Positions 39,618 to 50,235 of a DNA stretch of 64,000 bases are shown here, piece after piece; position 1 is the first letter of the stretch, and the number at the start of each line of letters is the position of its first letter. This stretch comes from an uncultured Clostridia bacterium. Its GTDB lineage: Bacteria > Bacillota > Clostridia > Oscillospirales > Acutalibacteraceae. Where the stretch lies: assembly GCA_937884995.1 (NCBI GenBank), contig CAKZZL010000014.1:39250-103249 (forward strand). The letters run 5' to 3'. The notes beneath the pieces are model-generated. The model made no database searches and had not been told where the DNA came from. It saw only the letters and a program-made list of their open reading frames with translations. The position numbers were made by a program, and so were the translations under genes.

Positions 39618-40565
39618 TCAGACTCTTACAACAATCTTACCGTTAACAGAGGCATTATCCTGTGCGATAATAGCATCTTTGATATTTTCAAAATCAAATA
39701 CTTTACCGTATTTAGGTTCAAGATTATGCAATGACAAAAAGTCAAATATCTCATCTATAGTTTCCTGAGTCGGATAATTAGAGAAGAATCCTGTCAGATA
39801 AACACCGTTAGGTATCTCTTTAATAGGGTCAAAATCATCCAAAGCATAAACACCGCCAAGAATTCCGGTATCACAAACTATAGCACCTTTATCAACAGAA
39901 GTAAGTGTATCCCTTATGCTTAAAGGTCCAACAAGGTCAAGCGCTTTGTTTACACATTTAATCTTACCTTTTAATTTACCGTCATCAAGGATTGCTTCAT
40001 CTGCTTCTGAAATAAGGGAAAGTTTAGATTCTTTATGAGTTGTAGCAATAACTTTAGCGCCCAATGCTTTTGCAATTTGTATTGCAGCATATCCAAGAGC
40101 GCTGCTTGCACCTCGAACCAGCAAGCAATCATCTTTACTAAGATGCAAACACTCAAAAAGGCTGCCCCATGCAGTAAAATATGTCTCCGGAACTGCAGCA
40201 AGTGATTCCCATTTAAGTTCAGTTTTCACCTTAAAAACAATATGAGCAGGCAAAAGCGCATATTCAGCATAGCTGCCGTTAAATGATCTGCCCATGCCGC
40301 CCATCAAAGCAACAACCTTATCTCCGACCTTAAAATCGCAATCGGATGTATCTACTACTTCACCGACACATTCTATTCCCGGTATAACGGGATTGTTTAT
40401 ATATTCTTCGCAAATTTCGCTTAATCTCAACAATTTTTCAGAGTGATTGAGTCCGAAACCTTTTACTTTAATAAGCAGCCAGCCGGGACGAACTTCCGGA
40501 ATAGACGTTTCTGACAAAACAATCTCTTCACCTTTTGTAATTTTATCTATAATTACGGCTTTCAA
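39618..40565 (-). CDS. medium-chain dehydrogenase/reductase (zinc-type ADH / NADPH:quinone oxidoreductase family)
   Basis: 315 aa. GroES-like N-terminus and a Rossmann segment VRGASSALGYAAIQIAKALGAKV. Confidence 0.8.
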   Translation of the reverse strand: MKAVIIDKITKGEEIVLSETSIPEVRPGWLLIKVKGFGLNHSEKLLRLSEICEEYINNPVIPGIECVGEVVDTSDCDFKVGDKVVALMGGMGRSFNGSYAEYALLPAHIVFKVKTELKWESLAAVPETYFTAWGSLFECLHLSKDDCLLVRGASSALGYAAIQIAKALGAKVIATTHKESKLSLISEADEAILDDGKLKGKIKCVNKALDLVGPLSIRDTLTSVDKGAIVCDTGILGGVYALDDFDPIKEIPNGVYLTGFFSNYPTQETIDEIFDFLSLHNLEPKYGKVFDFENIKDAIIAQDNASVNGKIVVRV

Positions 40566-40713
40566 AATAACTCCACCCTTTACTTATGATATATTTATTA
40601 TATACTTTACATTATATATTAACAAGTGTAATTGAGGCAAGCGTCTGTATGAGGACAACTTAAGCGGCAAGACCACGGACTATGATTACAATATCCTGTC
40701 CACCGAAATGGGC

Positions 40714-40754
40714 AAAAAGAATGAGAGTACATAACTCAAATCCGTTATGTACTC
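40714..40754 (-). terminator. rho-independent terminator downstream of tRNA-Met
   Basis: 11-bp stem GAGTACATAAC / GTTATGTACTC (40725-40735 / 40744-40754). On the minus strand it is followed by TCATTCTTTTT. Confidence 0.6.
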
Positions 40755-40760
40755 CCGATA

Positions 40761-40836
<76 letters not shown>

Positions 40837-40865
40837 ATATATAAAGCACTCTCAAGTGCTTATAT

Positions 40866-40894
40866 ATAATACAATCAATTAGTTACTTTGTCAA
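40866..40894 (-). promoter_or_regulatory. candidate sigma-A promoter of the tRNA-Met gene
   Basis: On the minus strand: TTGACA (40894-40889), 17-nt spacer, TATTAT (40871-40866), about 30 nt upstream of the tRNA 5' end. Confidence 0.55.
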
Positions 40895-40922
40895 GAATAA
40901 ATTTTCAAGACATACAAATATG

Positions 40923-43900
40923 TTATATTGTTGATATTTCGGGCATGGTTTCCTCAAGAACATCAAGTACGATTTTAACAGTATCAAGGGAAGTAAACAT
41001 CGTTATTCCATTTTGTACTGCACACTCCCTGATGGCAATACCGTCATCATAATGGACACCGGAAAGGATAGCTCTAGTATTGATGATATAGCTTACATAT
41101 CCGGCACGTATTGACTGAAGAATTTCATCGCTTCCTTCACTGAGTTTGCCGCGTATTCTGGTCCTTATGCCGTGTTCTTTAAGGAAGTTGGCCGTTCCTA
41201 TTGTTGCCTCAATATTAAAGCCAAGATTATAGAAACGTCTTATAAGAGGAAGAGCTTCCTGCTTATCTTCATCAGCGAGTGTTACTACAACCGTACCATA
41301 ATCTTTCATCTTTATTCCGGAAGCCTGCAGTGCCTTATATAAAGCTCTGTTTAAGTGTTTGTCATATCCTATTGCCTCACCTGTTGATTTCATTTCAGGT
41401 GAGAGATATGCATCCATTCCGGCAAGCTTTTCAAATGAGAATGCGGGAGCTTTAACAGACCAGCGTTCTTTTTCTTTTGGATACACTTCAGTGATTCCCT
41501 GGTCTTTCAGCGACATTCCGAGCATTGCTTTTGTTGCAATACTTACAAGATTAAATCCTGTGGATTTTGAAAGGAAGGGAACACTTCTTGAAGCTCTGGG
41601 ATTTACCTCGATGACATAGACATTCTCATTTTTATCCACAATAAACTGGATATTGAAAAGTCCGACTATGCCGATTCCTAGGCCCAGTCTGATTGTGTAA
41701 TCTATAATTATATCCTTTACTTTCTGTGAAATTGAGAAAGGCGGATAAACACTGGTACTGTCTCCGGAGTGTACACCGGTTCTCTCAACAAGTTCCATAA
41801 TACCGGGCACAAATACATCCTTGCCGTCGCATATAGCGTCGACTTCGACTTCCTTACCAACCAGATACTTGTCTATAAGCACTGGCTTGTCAACATCTAC
41901 TTCAACTGCATTTTTAAGATAGTGACGCAGCATTTCCTCATTTGCGACTATTTCCATAGCACGTCCGCCGAGAACAAAGCTTGGTCTTACAAGTACTGGG
42001 TAGCCTATATTTTCTGCAGCTTTAACGCCTTCTTCAATATTGGTAACAGCCTGACCTTTGGGATTTGGTATCTCGAGGGATTTAATAACGGCGTCAAAAG
42101 CATCTCTGTTTTCAGCCTTCTCAATTGCCTGACAATCCGTACCTATTATCTTTACTCCCCTCTTATCAAGAGATTCAGCAAGGTTAACGGCTGTCTGACC
42201 GCCCAGCGTAACTATAACACCTTCAGGATTTTCGAGATGTATAATATTCATTACATCTTCGCATGTCAAAGGTTCAAAATACAATTTATCCGTAGTTGTA
42301 TAGTCTGTTGAAACCGTCTCAGGGTTGTTATTGATAACAATAGCCTCATATCCCATTTCTCTGATTGTTCTGATTGCGTGAACCGTTGAATAATCAAATT
42401 CAACGCCCTGGCCGATTCTGATAGGACCTGAGCCGAGAACTATAACCTTTTTCTTGTCGGATACAATAGACTCGTTTTCATCTTCATATGTTGAATAGAA
42501 ATAAGGAACATAGCTTTCGAACTCGCTTGCACAGGTATCAATCATCTTATAAACAGGATATATATTATTCTCTCTTCTCATCATATATATATCGTCTTCG
42601 TTTTCCTTCCAAAGTTCAGCGACATATGAGTCAGAGAATCCCATCTTCTTTGCCTGTTTCAGATATTCTATGGAGTCTTTGTTAGCTTCCATTTCTTTTT
42701 CAAAATCAACAATATTTTTGATTTTATCCAGGAAGAACATGTCAATCTGAGTTATGTTACAGATTCTTGAGTGGTCAACACCCATCCACATAAGCTGGGA
42801 TATAGCGTAAATACGGTCATCCGTACCGTCCTTAACATAGTCAAGAAGTTCTTCCGTAGTCATTTCAGATGTATCAAACTTGTCCATATGAATATGGTTT
42901 TTTGATTCTTCCAAAGATCTTATTGCTTTAAGAAGACTCTCTTCGAATGTTCTGCCGACGCTCATAACTTCACCGGTTGCCTTCATCTGAGTTGAAAGTT
43001 TATTTTGTGCTGCAGGGAATTTATCAAAGGGGAAACGCGGCATTTTTGTTACTACATAGTCAAGAGCAGGTTCAAAGCATGCAAGTGTATTGGCAAGAGG
43101 AATCTCATCAAGATTCATACCTACAGCAATTTTTGCGGATACTCTTGCAATTGGATAGCCACTTGCCTTGGATGCAAGCGCAGAAGAACGCGAAACTCTT
43201 GGATTTACTTCTATTACATAGTATTTGAAGGACTGCGGGTCAAGAGCAAACTGACAGTTACATCCGCCCTTGACATCAAGAGCACGAATAATCTTCAATG
43301 CTGAATCTCTCAGCATATGATACTCTTTGTTAGTAAGAGTCTGGCTTGGAGCAACAACTATAGAGTCACCTGTATGAATTCCTACGGGATCAAGGTTTTC
43401 CATGTTACAAACCGTAATCGCAGTGTCATTGGCATCACGCATTACTTCATACTCTATTTCCTTATATCCCTTAATACTTTTTTCTATAAGGACCTGATGA
43501 ACCGGAGACTGAGCCAATGCATTCTTCATCATTTCCTTTAATTGCTCATCGTCATATGCAAATCCGCCGCCTGTACCGCCCAATGTGAATGCGGGACGTA
43601 ATATAACGGGATATCCGATTTCATTTGCTGCCTTGAGTGCCTCTTCTGTACTGTATGTTATTTGTGAAGGAACAACAGGTTCGCCTATTCTCTCACAAAG
43701 TTCTTTGAAAAGTTCTCTGTCCTCGGCGCATTCAATACTTTTAGAGTCTGTACCCAAAAGCTCAATTTCGCACTCTTTTAATACGCCTTTTTTATCAAGC
43801 TGCATAGCAAGATTTAAGCCTGTTTGTCCGCCTATACCGGGCACAATGGCATCAGGTCTTTCATATCTGCAGATACGAGCCAAAAACTCAAGTGTTAAAG

Positions 43901-44102
43901 GCTCCATATATACTTTATCAGCTATGGATGTATCAGTCATTATAGTGGCAGGATTGGAATTGGCAAGAATTACTTCATAGCCTTCCTCTTTTAAGGCAAG
44001 ACAAGCCTGTGTGCCTGCGTAATCGAACTCAGCAGCCTGCCCTATAACAATAGGTCCGGAACCAATAACAAGTACTTTTTTGATATCTGTTCTTTTAGGC
44101 AT
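40923..44102 (-). CDS. carB: carbamoyl-phosphate synthase large subunit
   Basis: 1059 aa with duplicated ATP-grasp halves. Starts [33 protein letters not shown]. Confidence 0.97.
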   Translation of the reverse strand: MPKRTDIKKVLVIGSGPIVIGQAAEFDYAGTQACLALKEEGYEVILANSNPATIMTDTSIADKVYMEPLTLEFLARICRYERPDAIVPGIGGQTGLNLAMQLDKKGVLKECEIELLGTDSKSIECAEDRELFKELCERIGEPVVPSQITYSTEEALKAANEIGYPVILRPAFTLGGTGGGFAYDDEQLKEMMKNALAQSPVHQVLIEKSIKGYKEIEYEVMRDANDTAITVCNMENLDPVGIHTGDSIVVAPSQTLTNKEYHMLRDSALKIIRALDVKGGCNCQFALDPQSFKYYVIEVNPRVSRSSALASKASGYPIARVSAKIAVGMNLDEIPLANTLACFEPALDYVVTKMPRFPFDKFPAAQNKLSTQMKATGEVMSVGRTFEESLLKAIRSLEESKNHIHMDKFDTSEMTTEELLDYVKDGTDDRIYAISQLMWMGVDHSRICNITQIDMFFLDKIKNIVDFEKEMEANKDSIEYLKQAKKMGFSDSYVAELWKENEDDIYMMRRENNIYPVYKMIDTCASEFESYVPYFYSTYEDENESIVSDKKKVIVLGSGPIRIGQGVEFDYSTVHAIRTIREMGYEAIVINNNPETVSTDYTTTDKLYFEPLTCEDVMNIIHLENPEGVIVTLGGQTAVNLAESLDKRGVKIIGTDCQAIEKAENRDAFDAVIKSLEIPNPKGQAVTNIEEGVKAAENIGYPVLVRPSFVLGGRAMEIVANEEMLRHYLKNAVEVDVDKPVLIDKYLVGKEVEVDAICDGKDVFVPGIMELVERTGVHSGDSTSVYPPFSISQKVKDIIIDYTIRLGLGIGIVGLFNIQFIVDKNENVYVIEVNPRASRSVPFLSKSTGFNLVSIATKAMLGMSLKDQGITEVYPKEKERWSVKAPAFSFEKLAGMDAYLSPEMKSTGEAIGYDKHLNRALYKALQASGIKMKDYGTVVVTLADEDKQEALPLIRRFYNLGFNIEATIGTANFLKEHGIRTRIRGKLSEGSDEILQSIRAGYVSYIINTRAILSGVHYDDGIAIRECAVQNGITMFTSLDTVKIVLDVLEETMPEISTI

Positions 44103-45189
44103 TGTCTTTAACCTCCTTCATAATTGATACAAACTTTGCAAACAAATATGAGCTGTCCTGAGGTCCGGGTGCACTTTCGGGATGATATTGAACGGAGAAA
44201 ACATTATCTTTTTTACACTCAATACCTTCAACCGTGTTATCCAGGAGATTGATATGTGTTATTTCAAGTTCTGTATTTTTTACACTTTCGCTGTCCACTG
44301 CATAGCTGTGGTTTTGCGAAGTGATTTCTATCTTGCCGGTCGCAAGATTCTTAACCGGATGGTTACCTCCGCGATGTCCGAATTTCAGTTTGTATGTCTT
44401 GGCGCCGTAAGCGAGTGCTATCATCTGATGTCCAAGGCATATACCGAAAATCGGATATTTACCTTTGAGTTTCTTAACCGTTTCTATAACAGGAAGGACG
44501 TCCTCAGGGTCGCCCGGTCCGTTTGAAAGGAAAACTCCGTCCGGATTCATAAATTCAATTTCCTCTGCGGTGGTATCAAAGGGAACTATTGTGACATTGC
44601 ATCCGAACTTATTTAATGAGCGTATAATATTCAGTTTCATACCGCAATCTATGGCTACGACGTTAAACATATGGTTTGAAGTACGTGAATACCATCTTTT
44701 TGTACAGCTTACTCTTGATACCTGATCATGAGGCACAGGAGTATCCTTAATAATCTGAAGAGCCTCCTGGAGACTGGTATCAGCCGATGTTATAACGGCA
44801 CGTCTTGAACCTATATCTCTTATACTTCTTGTGAGTTTTCTTGTATCTACACCTGAAATACCTGGTATATCATATTCTTCAAGAAGTTCAGATAAAGTTT
44901 TTGTGTATCTGAAATTTGACGGCATATCGTTGTAATCACGTACAACAAGAGCGCCGATACTCGGATTTTTACACTCATAGTCATCATCGGTAATACCGTA
45001 ATTTCCTATGAGCGGGTATGTCATAACTACCATCTGGTCTGTATATGACGGGTCGGAAACTATTTCCTGATAACCGACCATGGAAGTGTTAAAGACTATC
45101 TCACAAACCTTGTCATTCAGGGAGCCAAAGCTGTAGCCTAAATATTCACTTCCGTCTTCAAGAACAATTTTGCGGTCAAAACTTCTCAT
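44095..45189 (-). CDS. carA: carbamoyl-phosphate synthase small (glutaminase) subunit
   Basis: The track ORF extends to 45258. I prefer the ATG at 45189 ([14 protein letters not shown]...) with AAGGTGGA upstream. GATase motifs GICLGHQ and HPE. Confidence 0.93.
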   Translation of the reverse strand: MRSFDRKIVLEDGSEYLGYSFGSLNDKVCEIVFNTSMVGYQEIVSDPSYTDQMVVMTYPLIGNYGITDDDYECKNPSIGALVVRDYNDMPSNFRYTKTLSELLEEYDIPGISGVDTRKLTRSIRDIGSRRAVITSADTSLQEALQIIKDTPVPHDQVSRVSCTKRWYSRTSNHMFNVVAIDCGMKLNIIRSLNKFGCNVTIVPFDTTAEEIEFMNPDGVFLSNGPGDPEDVLPVIETVKKLKGKYPIFGICLGHQMIALAYGAKTYKLKFGHRGGNHPVKNLATGKIEITSQNHSYAVDSESVKNTELEITHINLLDNTVEGIECKKDNVFSVQYHPESAPGPQDSSYLFAKFVSIMKEVKDNA

Positions 45190-45398
45190 AAATCCACCTT
45201 TTCCATGAAAAATTTTCTTTTTGAAAGAGTTAAGAGCTTTTAGCTTAAACCCTCCCATTTAAATTAATATTATATATTTTTGGTTGATATAAGTCAACTG
45301 CACATAGCTAAGATTCTAAGGCTCCAAAATCATTTGTAATTAGTGAAAATCAACAATAGATTTATGGCATGGGGCGCTATATTCTACACAGACTTTAA

Positions 45399-45427
45399 TT
45401 GACAATTTTAAATATATAAAGTAAAAT
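45399..45427 (+). promoter_or_regulatory. candidate sigma-A promoter of the type III glutamine synthetase gene
   Basis: TTGACA (45399-45404), 17-nt spacer, TAAAAT (45422-45427). Confidence 0.5.
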
Positions 45428-45480
45428 TTTAGTAATAAATATGTATGATTAAATTCAATTTTTATTCGGGAGAGAATAAG

Positions 45481-47580
45481 ATGAAAACAGTATCTGATTA
45501 TTTTGGTTCACTGGTATTTGACGACCGTGCCATGAAAGACTATCTGTCGCCTGAAGTATATAAATCTTTGAAAAAGACTATAGACCAAGGTGCAGTTTTG
45601 GATTCAAGCATGGCTAATGCCGTTGCGTCATCAATGAAAGAATGGGCACTTTCCAAAGGTGCAACCCATTATACTCATTGGTTCCAGCCTCTTACCGGTG
45701 TAACTGCCGAAAAGCATGACAGTTTCATAACTCCCTCACCTGACGGCGGAGTATTGATGGAATTCTCCGGCAAGGAACTTATTAAAGGCGAACCTGATGC
45801 ATCATCTTTCCCAAGCGGAGGACTCAGAGCTACATTTGAAGCAAGAGGATATACAGCCTGGGATCCGACCTCCTATGCCTTTATAAAGGGCAAAACACTT
45901 TGCATACCGACAGCCTTTTGTTCATACACAGGAGAATCACTTGACAAAAAGACTCCTCTTCTCCGTTCAATGGAAGCACTTAACAAACAGGCTCTCAGAA
46001 TACTTAAGTTATTTGGTAATACAAAGACAAAGCATGTCACATCTTCAGTAGGTTCAGAGCAGGAATATTTCCTGATTACCAAAGAAATGTATGATTGTCG
46101 TCCCGATCTCATATATACCGGTCGTACACTTTTCGGTGCAAAGCCACCCAAAGGCCAGGAAATGAATGACCACTATTTTGGTGCAATAAAGCCAAAAGTT
46201 GCAGCATTCATGGACGATCTTGACGAAGAACTATGGAAGCTCGGTATTCTTGCAAAAACAGAACATAATGAAGTTGCTCCAGCACAGCATGAACTTGCCC
46301 CGATTTATACAACAACAAACATTGCCGTTGACAACAACCAATTAACCATGGAAATCATGAAACAGGTTGCTTCGCGTCACGGACTTGTATGTCTCCTTCA
46401 TGAAAAGCCATTTGAAGGCATAAACGGAAGCGGCAAACATAACAACTGGTCAATATCTACTGATACGGGCATAAACCTTCTCTCACCCGGAGAGACACCG
46501 GACGAGAATGCACAATTTCTTCTTTTCCTTTGTGCAGTAATCAAGGCTGTGGATGATTACCAGGATTTATTAAGAATTTCTGTTGCATCTGCAGGTAATG
46601 ATCACAGACTGGGGGCTCATGAAGCACCTCCAGCCGTTATATCCATGTTCTTAGGTGATGAGCTTGATGCCGTTCTTGAAGCGATAGAAAAAGACAAGCC
46701 ATATGCAGGCACTGAAAAATCAATAATGAAGCTCGGTGTGGATGTTCTTCCAAAGTTCAGCCGTGATACAACCGACCGCAACAGAACATCTCCGTTTGCA
46801 TTCACCGGCAACAAGTTTGAGTTCAGAATGCTCGGTTCTGCAGACAGTGTTGCATGTTGCAACATCATGCTCAATGCTTCTGTGGCAGAATCCTTAAAGA
46901 TATATGCAGACAGACTTGAAAATTCTAAAGATTTTGAGACTGACCTTCATAACATGATAAGGAAAACTATTAAGGATCATAGAAAGATAATCTTTAACGG
47001 CAACGGCTATGATGATGCATGGATAAAGGAAGCAACTGAAATGCGTGGCCTTCTTAATCTGCGGACAACAGCAGATGCTCTTCCGCATTATACAGATAAA
47101 AAGAACGTTGATATGCTCACTTCACACGGAATATTTACAGAAGCAGAAATTAAATCCAGACGGGACAGTCTGCTTGAAAACTATTGCAACACTTTAATTA
47201 TCGAAGTAAACACTATGCTTCGTATGACAAAGAGAAATATACTCCCTGCCATAGAGACATTCTCTGCAGATCTTGCAAACAGCATTAACTTAAAGAAATC
47301 AGCAAATGCAAAATTAAAATGCAAATATGAGCAGGACACACTTAATATTTTATCTGACTATACAGACAAAATTTATGATCTGACTGCTGATTTGGAATCT
47401 GCACTGTCAAAATTATCAGTTCTTACAGACGATGTAATAAAGGAATCCGCATATATACGCGATGAGATTCTTTCGATTATGGCAGAACTCAGAAAAGTAG
47501 TTGACTCTTCAGAAGAGATTACAGCCAAGAAATACTGGCCGTATCCTTCATATGCAGACATTCTTTTCAGCGTTAAGTAA
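45481..47580 (+). CDS. glnN: glutamine synthetase type III
   Basis: About 699 aa from the ATG at 45481 ([15 protein letters not shown]...), with RBS GGGAGAG upstream. The track start at 45445 falls too close to the predicted TSS. Length and sequence ([24 protein letters not shown]) fit GSIII. Confidence 0.9.
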   Translation: MKTVSDYFGSLVFDDRAMKDYLSPEVYKSLKKTIDQGAVLDSSMANAVASSMKEWALSKGATHYTHWFQPLTGVTAEKHDSFITPSPDGGVLMEFSGKELIKGEPDASSFPSGGLRATFEARGYTAWDPTSYAFIKGKTLCIPTAFCSYTGESLDKKTPLLRSMEALNKQALRILKLFGNTKTKHVTSSVGSEQEYFLITKEMYDCRPDLIYTGRTLFGAKPPKGQEMNDHYFGAIKPKVAAFMDDLDEELWKLGILAKTEHNEVAPAQHELAPIYTTTNIAVDNNQLTMEIMKQVASRHGLVCLLHEKPFEGINGSGKHNNWSISTDTGINLLSPGETPDENAQFLLFLCAVIKAVDDYQDLLRISVASAGNDHRLGAHEAPPAVISMFLGDELDAVLEAIEKDKPYAGTEKSIMKLGVDVLPKFSRDTTDRNRTSPFAFTGNKFEFRMLGSADSVACCNIMLNASVAESLKIYADRLENSKDFETDLHNMIRKTIKDHRKIIFNGNGYDDAWIKEATEMRGLLNLRTTADALPHYTDKKNVDMLTSHGIFTEAEIKSRRDSLLENYCNTLIIEVNTMLRMTKRNILPAIETFSADLANSINLKKSANAKLKCKYEQDTLNILSDYTDKIYDLTADLESALSKLSVLTDDVIKESAYIRDEILSIMAELRKVVDSSEEITAKKYWPYPSYADILFSVK

Positions 47581-47583
47581 AGC

Positions 47584-47612
47584 AAAAGGCCCTTAATATG
47601 GGCCTTTTCAAA
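47584..47612 (+). terminator. rho-independent terminator after glnN
   Basis: Stem AAAAGGCCC / GGGCCTTTT with loop TTAATAT. Confidence 0.65.
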
Positions 47613-47651
47613 TAACAAATATACAATAATATATATAACGGAGGATAAAAA

Positions 47652-48635
47652 ATGAAAGAAATTAGAAGACCGGACAATATGGAGCGAATTACCAATGCAG
47701 AACTTGCCCAAAGCTTTATTGATGAGCAGATTGCACTAGTAAAAGAACAGGTCGGAGACAAAAAAGTACTGCTCGCTTTATCAGGCGGAGTAGACTCATC
47801 AGTTGTTGCTGCGCTTTTAATTAAAGCAATCGGTAATCAGCTTACATGTGTTCATGTTAATCACGGACTTCTCAGAAAAGGTGAACCGGAACAGGTTATA
47901 GAAGTTTTCAGAAATCAAATGAACGCTAATTTGATTTATGTTGATGCGACTGACAGATTTCTCGATAAACTTGCAGGTGTAACAGATCCTGAACAGAAGA
48001 GAAAGATTATTGGTGGAGAATTTATAGATGTATTTGCTGAAGAAGCAAGAAAACTTAATGACATAGAATTCCTTGCTCAAGGTACAATCTGGCCTGACAT
48101 ACTTGAAAGCGAAAAAGGAATTAAAGCTCACCACAATGCAGGCGGACTTCCGGATGATATGAATTTTGAATTAGTTGAGCCTATAAAAATCTTATTTAAG
48201 GATGAAGTAAGACAGGTAGGAAAACAACTCGGACTTCCTGATTCAATGGTATATCGTCAGCCATTCCCGGGACCGGGACTCGGAGTAAGATGCCCCGGTG
48301 CAATAACAAGAGAACGTCTGACAGCTGTAAGAGAATCCGATGCAATACTGCGCGAGGAATTTGCAAAATCCGGTCTTGCAGATAAAGTTTGGCAGTATTT
48401 CACCATTGTTCCGGATTTTAAATCAACAGGTATAAAAAACGATGAAAGAACATATGACTGGGCTGTTGTAATAAGGGCTGTTAACACAAAAGACGCTATG
48501 ACAGCAACAGTTGAAAACATACCTTTTGATCTTATGCAAACATTGGTTGCAAGAATAACAACTGAAGTTAAAGGTGTTAACAGAGTTCTATATGACTTTA
48601 CACCAAAGCCTTCAGCTACAATCGAGTGGGAATAG
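47652..48635 (+). CDS. guaA: GMP synthase ATP-pyrophosphatase/dimerisation part only (no GATase domain)
   Basis: 327 aa. PP-loop LSGGVDSSV near residue 45 and the canonical C-terminus ...PSATIEWE. The roughly 190-aa N-terminal glutaminase domain of fused GuaA is missing. Its own RBS GGAGGA is present. Confidence 0.85.
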   Translation: MKEIRRPDNMERITNAELAQSFIDEQIALVKEQVGDKKVLLALSGGVDSSVVAALLIKAIGNQLTCVHVNHGLLRKGEPEQVIEVFRNQMNANLIYVDATDRFLDKLAGVTDPEQKRKIIGGEFIDVFAEEARKLNDIEFLAQGTIWPDILESEKGIKAHHNAGGLPDDMNFELVEPIKILFKDEVRQVGKQLGLPDSMVYRQPFPGPGLGVRCPGAITRERLTAVRESDAILREEFAKSGLADKVWQYFTIVPDFKSTGIKNDERTYDWAVVIRAVNTKDAMTATVENIPFDLMQTLVARITTEVKGVNRVLYDFTPKPSATIEWE

Positions 48636-48870
48636 AGTCCAACTGCTTATTGTTGCAAAACAGTTTCAGGGATGAAGGCTGAAAAGCCGCTGAATACAGG
48701 CACTTTTGGCACTTCAATAAGCCACTGAAAGGAAAAAAGAATAATTTTCCGCTTCTTGTGAAACCAATTTGCAACTGGAGCCGCTCCGGCGGTTGCAAAC
48801 AGGCTGTTTTGAATGATGTAATTCAGACAGCCACTTTTGACCAAAATTGAAGACGATTTCGGTGCTGAAA

Positions 48871-48914
48871 GCCAGCTTATTTCCTCGTGAATAAGCTGGC
48901 TTTTATTCGTTTTG
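48871..48914 (+). terminator. strong rho-independent terminator about 235 nt downstream of guaA
   Basis: 10-bp stem GCCAGCTTAT / ATAAGCTGGC (48871-48880 / 48891-48900), then TTTTATTCGTTTT. Confidence 0.72.
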
Positions 48915-49407
48915 GTTGCACGAAAAATATGCCATAGACAGCCCTTCAAAAGGCACTGCAAAAATATTTTTTCAGTTTTCTATAAAAACACCCCCCAAAA
49001 CGGCACTCCTTTGTCCAAGTATAGTGAAGGGGTTCTCCTCCCGACAAGGAGTTACCGCTTCGGTGCTCCTTGACAACTGAATATACAAATCATCAGGTAC
49101 GTTAATCAGACTGATGAGCCGCACGGCATGTACGCGGGGCCCCGCAAGGGACTGCGAGAATCCAGTGCCGCAAAGGAGAGACTGCTCCTCTCCGGGCGAT
49201 GACAGGTCTGAGGATAATGATACTTCTCTACGGAGCTGGCGGAAAACCCGGCAGAGGTGAGACTCCTATGAGGCCGTGAAGCACACGGCCGCCTGATGAT
49301 TTCCCTACAAGCTTACATAGCTTTTACCGCAGGGGGTGTTGAGAACAAATACTGCGGTCCTTACATGCCGGAGATGTCCGGCTAAATAAGGAAAGGAGGA
49401 ATCCCCT

Positions 49408-50235
49408 ATGGACAACTGTCATGTGATCGCCATCACAAATCAGAAAGGCGGAGTCGGAAAGACAACCACGGCCGTGAATCTCGGCGTGGGTCTGGTAAAC
49501 AGCGGATATAAAGTCCTTCTGATCGATGCGGACCCGCAAGGCAGCCTGACCGTCAGTCTCGGAGTCAAGAATCCCGATGACCTGGATGTTTCGCTTGCCA
49601 CTGTTATGAGTTCCGTCATCAATGATAAGGACGTAGCTGAAGACGCCGGGATCCTGCACCATGATGAAGGCGTGGATCTGCTCCCCTCAAATATTGAACT
49701 GTCTGGAATGGAAACCATGCTCTTCAATATCATGAGCCGCGAGTATGTTCTGAAGAATTACGTGGATACGGTCAGAAAAAACTACGACTATATCCTCATC
49801 GACTGCATGCCTTCTCTGGGAATGATGACGATCAACGCGCTGGTCGCCGCAGACAGCGTGATCATACCGTCTCAGCCGAGCTTCCTGTCTACCAAGGGCC
49901 TTAATCTGCTGCTTCATTCCATATCCAAGGTGAAGCGCTCTATCAATCCGGACCTGAAGGTGGACGGCATCTTGCTGACGATGGTGGACAGCCGCACAAA
50001 CAATGCCAGGGACATCATTGATGCCCTGCGCAGCGGTATCGGTCAGAGAATCAGAGTGTTTGAGACTGAGATTCCGCATTCGGTTCGTGCGGCGGAATGC
50101 AGCCTTACCGGTGAGAGCATTTTCTCCCACGATAAAAACGGAAAGGTTGCTGCGGCATACGAGGATCTGACAAAGGAGGTGGAAAGCATTGAAAGAGCGG
50201 CCAAAAATCGATCTGGGCATGACTGGATACGATGA
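49408..50235 (+). CDS. parA: ParA/Soj-family partition ATPase
   Basis: 275 aa. Deviant Walker A NQKGGVGKTT and the DCMPSLG region. RBS AAGGAGGA upstream. Confidence 0.9.
   Translation: MDNCHVIAITNQKGGVGKTTTAVNLGVGLVNSGYKVLLIDADPQGSLTVSLGVKNPDDLDVSLATVMSSVINDKDVAEDAGILHHDEGVDLLPSNIELSGMETMLFNIMSREYVLKNYVDTVRKNYDYILIDCMPSLGMMTINALVAADSVIIPSQPSFLSTKGLNLLLHSISKVKRSINPDLKVDGILLTMVDSRTNNARDIIDALRSGIGQRIRVFETEIPHSVRAAECSLTGESIFSHDKNGKVAAAYEDLTKEVESIERAAKNRSGHDWIR

Noticed and set aside
40628-40732. In-frame coding-like segment GKRLYEDNLSGKTTDYDYNILSTEMGKKNEST* downstream of tRNA-Met
   Set aside because: It has no start codon or RBS and is only about 33 codons long. Its end coincides with the tRNA terminator. 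It is not reported as a gene and is mentioned only as a possible remnant.
41769-43980. Multiple plus-strand ORFs (up to 180 aa) inside carB
   Set aside because: They are antisense to an unambiguous carB reading frame. The products are hydrophobic or low-complexity with no RBS.
45283-45298. Palindrome GTTGA-TATAAG-TCAAC about 95 nt upstream of carA as a possible operator
   Set aside because: The arms are only 5 bp in AT-rich DNA, and there is no match I can name to ArgR or PyrR sites. It is too weak to report.
48647-48961. 104-aa minus-strand ORF (and the 60-aa ORF at 48616..48798) in the guaA-element spacer
   Set aside because: There is no RBS. The ORF reads through the strong plus-strand terminator hairpin and has an unconvincing composition. 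The region is better treated as non-coding.
49111-49118. CTGATGAG, the conserved core word of hammerhead ribozymes, inside the structured leader
   Set aside because: No matching stem II followed by CGAAAC, and no stem III or cleavage-site arrangement, can be found nearby. The word is fully explained as the 3' arm of the TCATCAG/CTGATGA hairpin.
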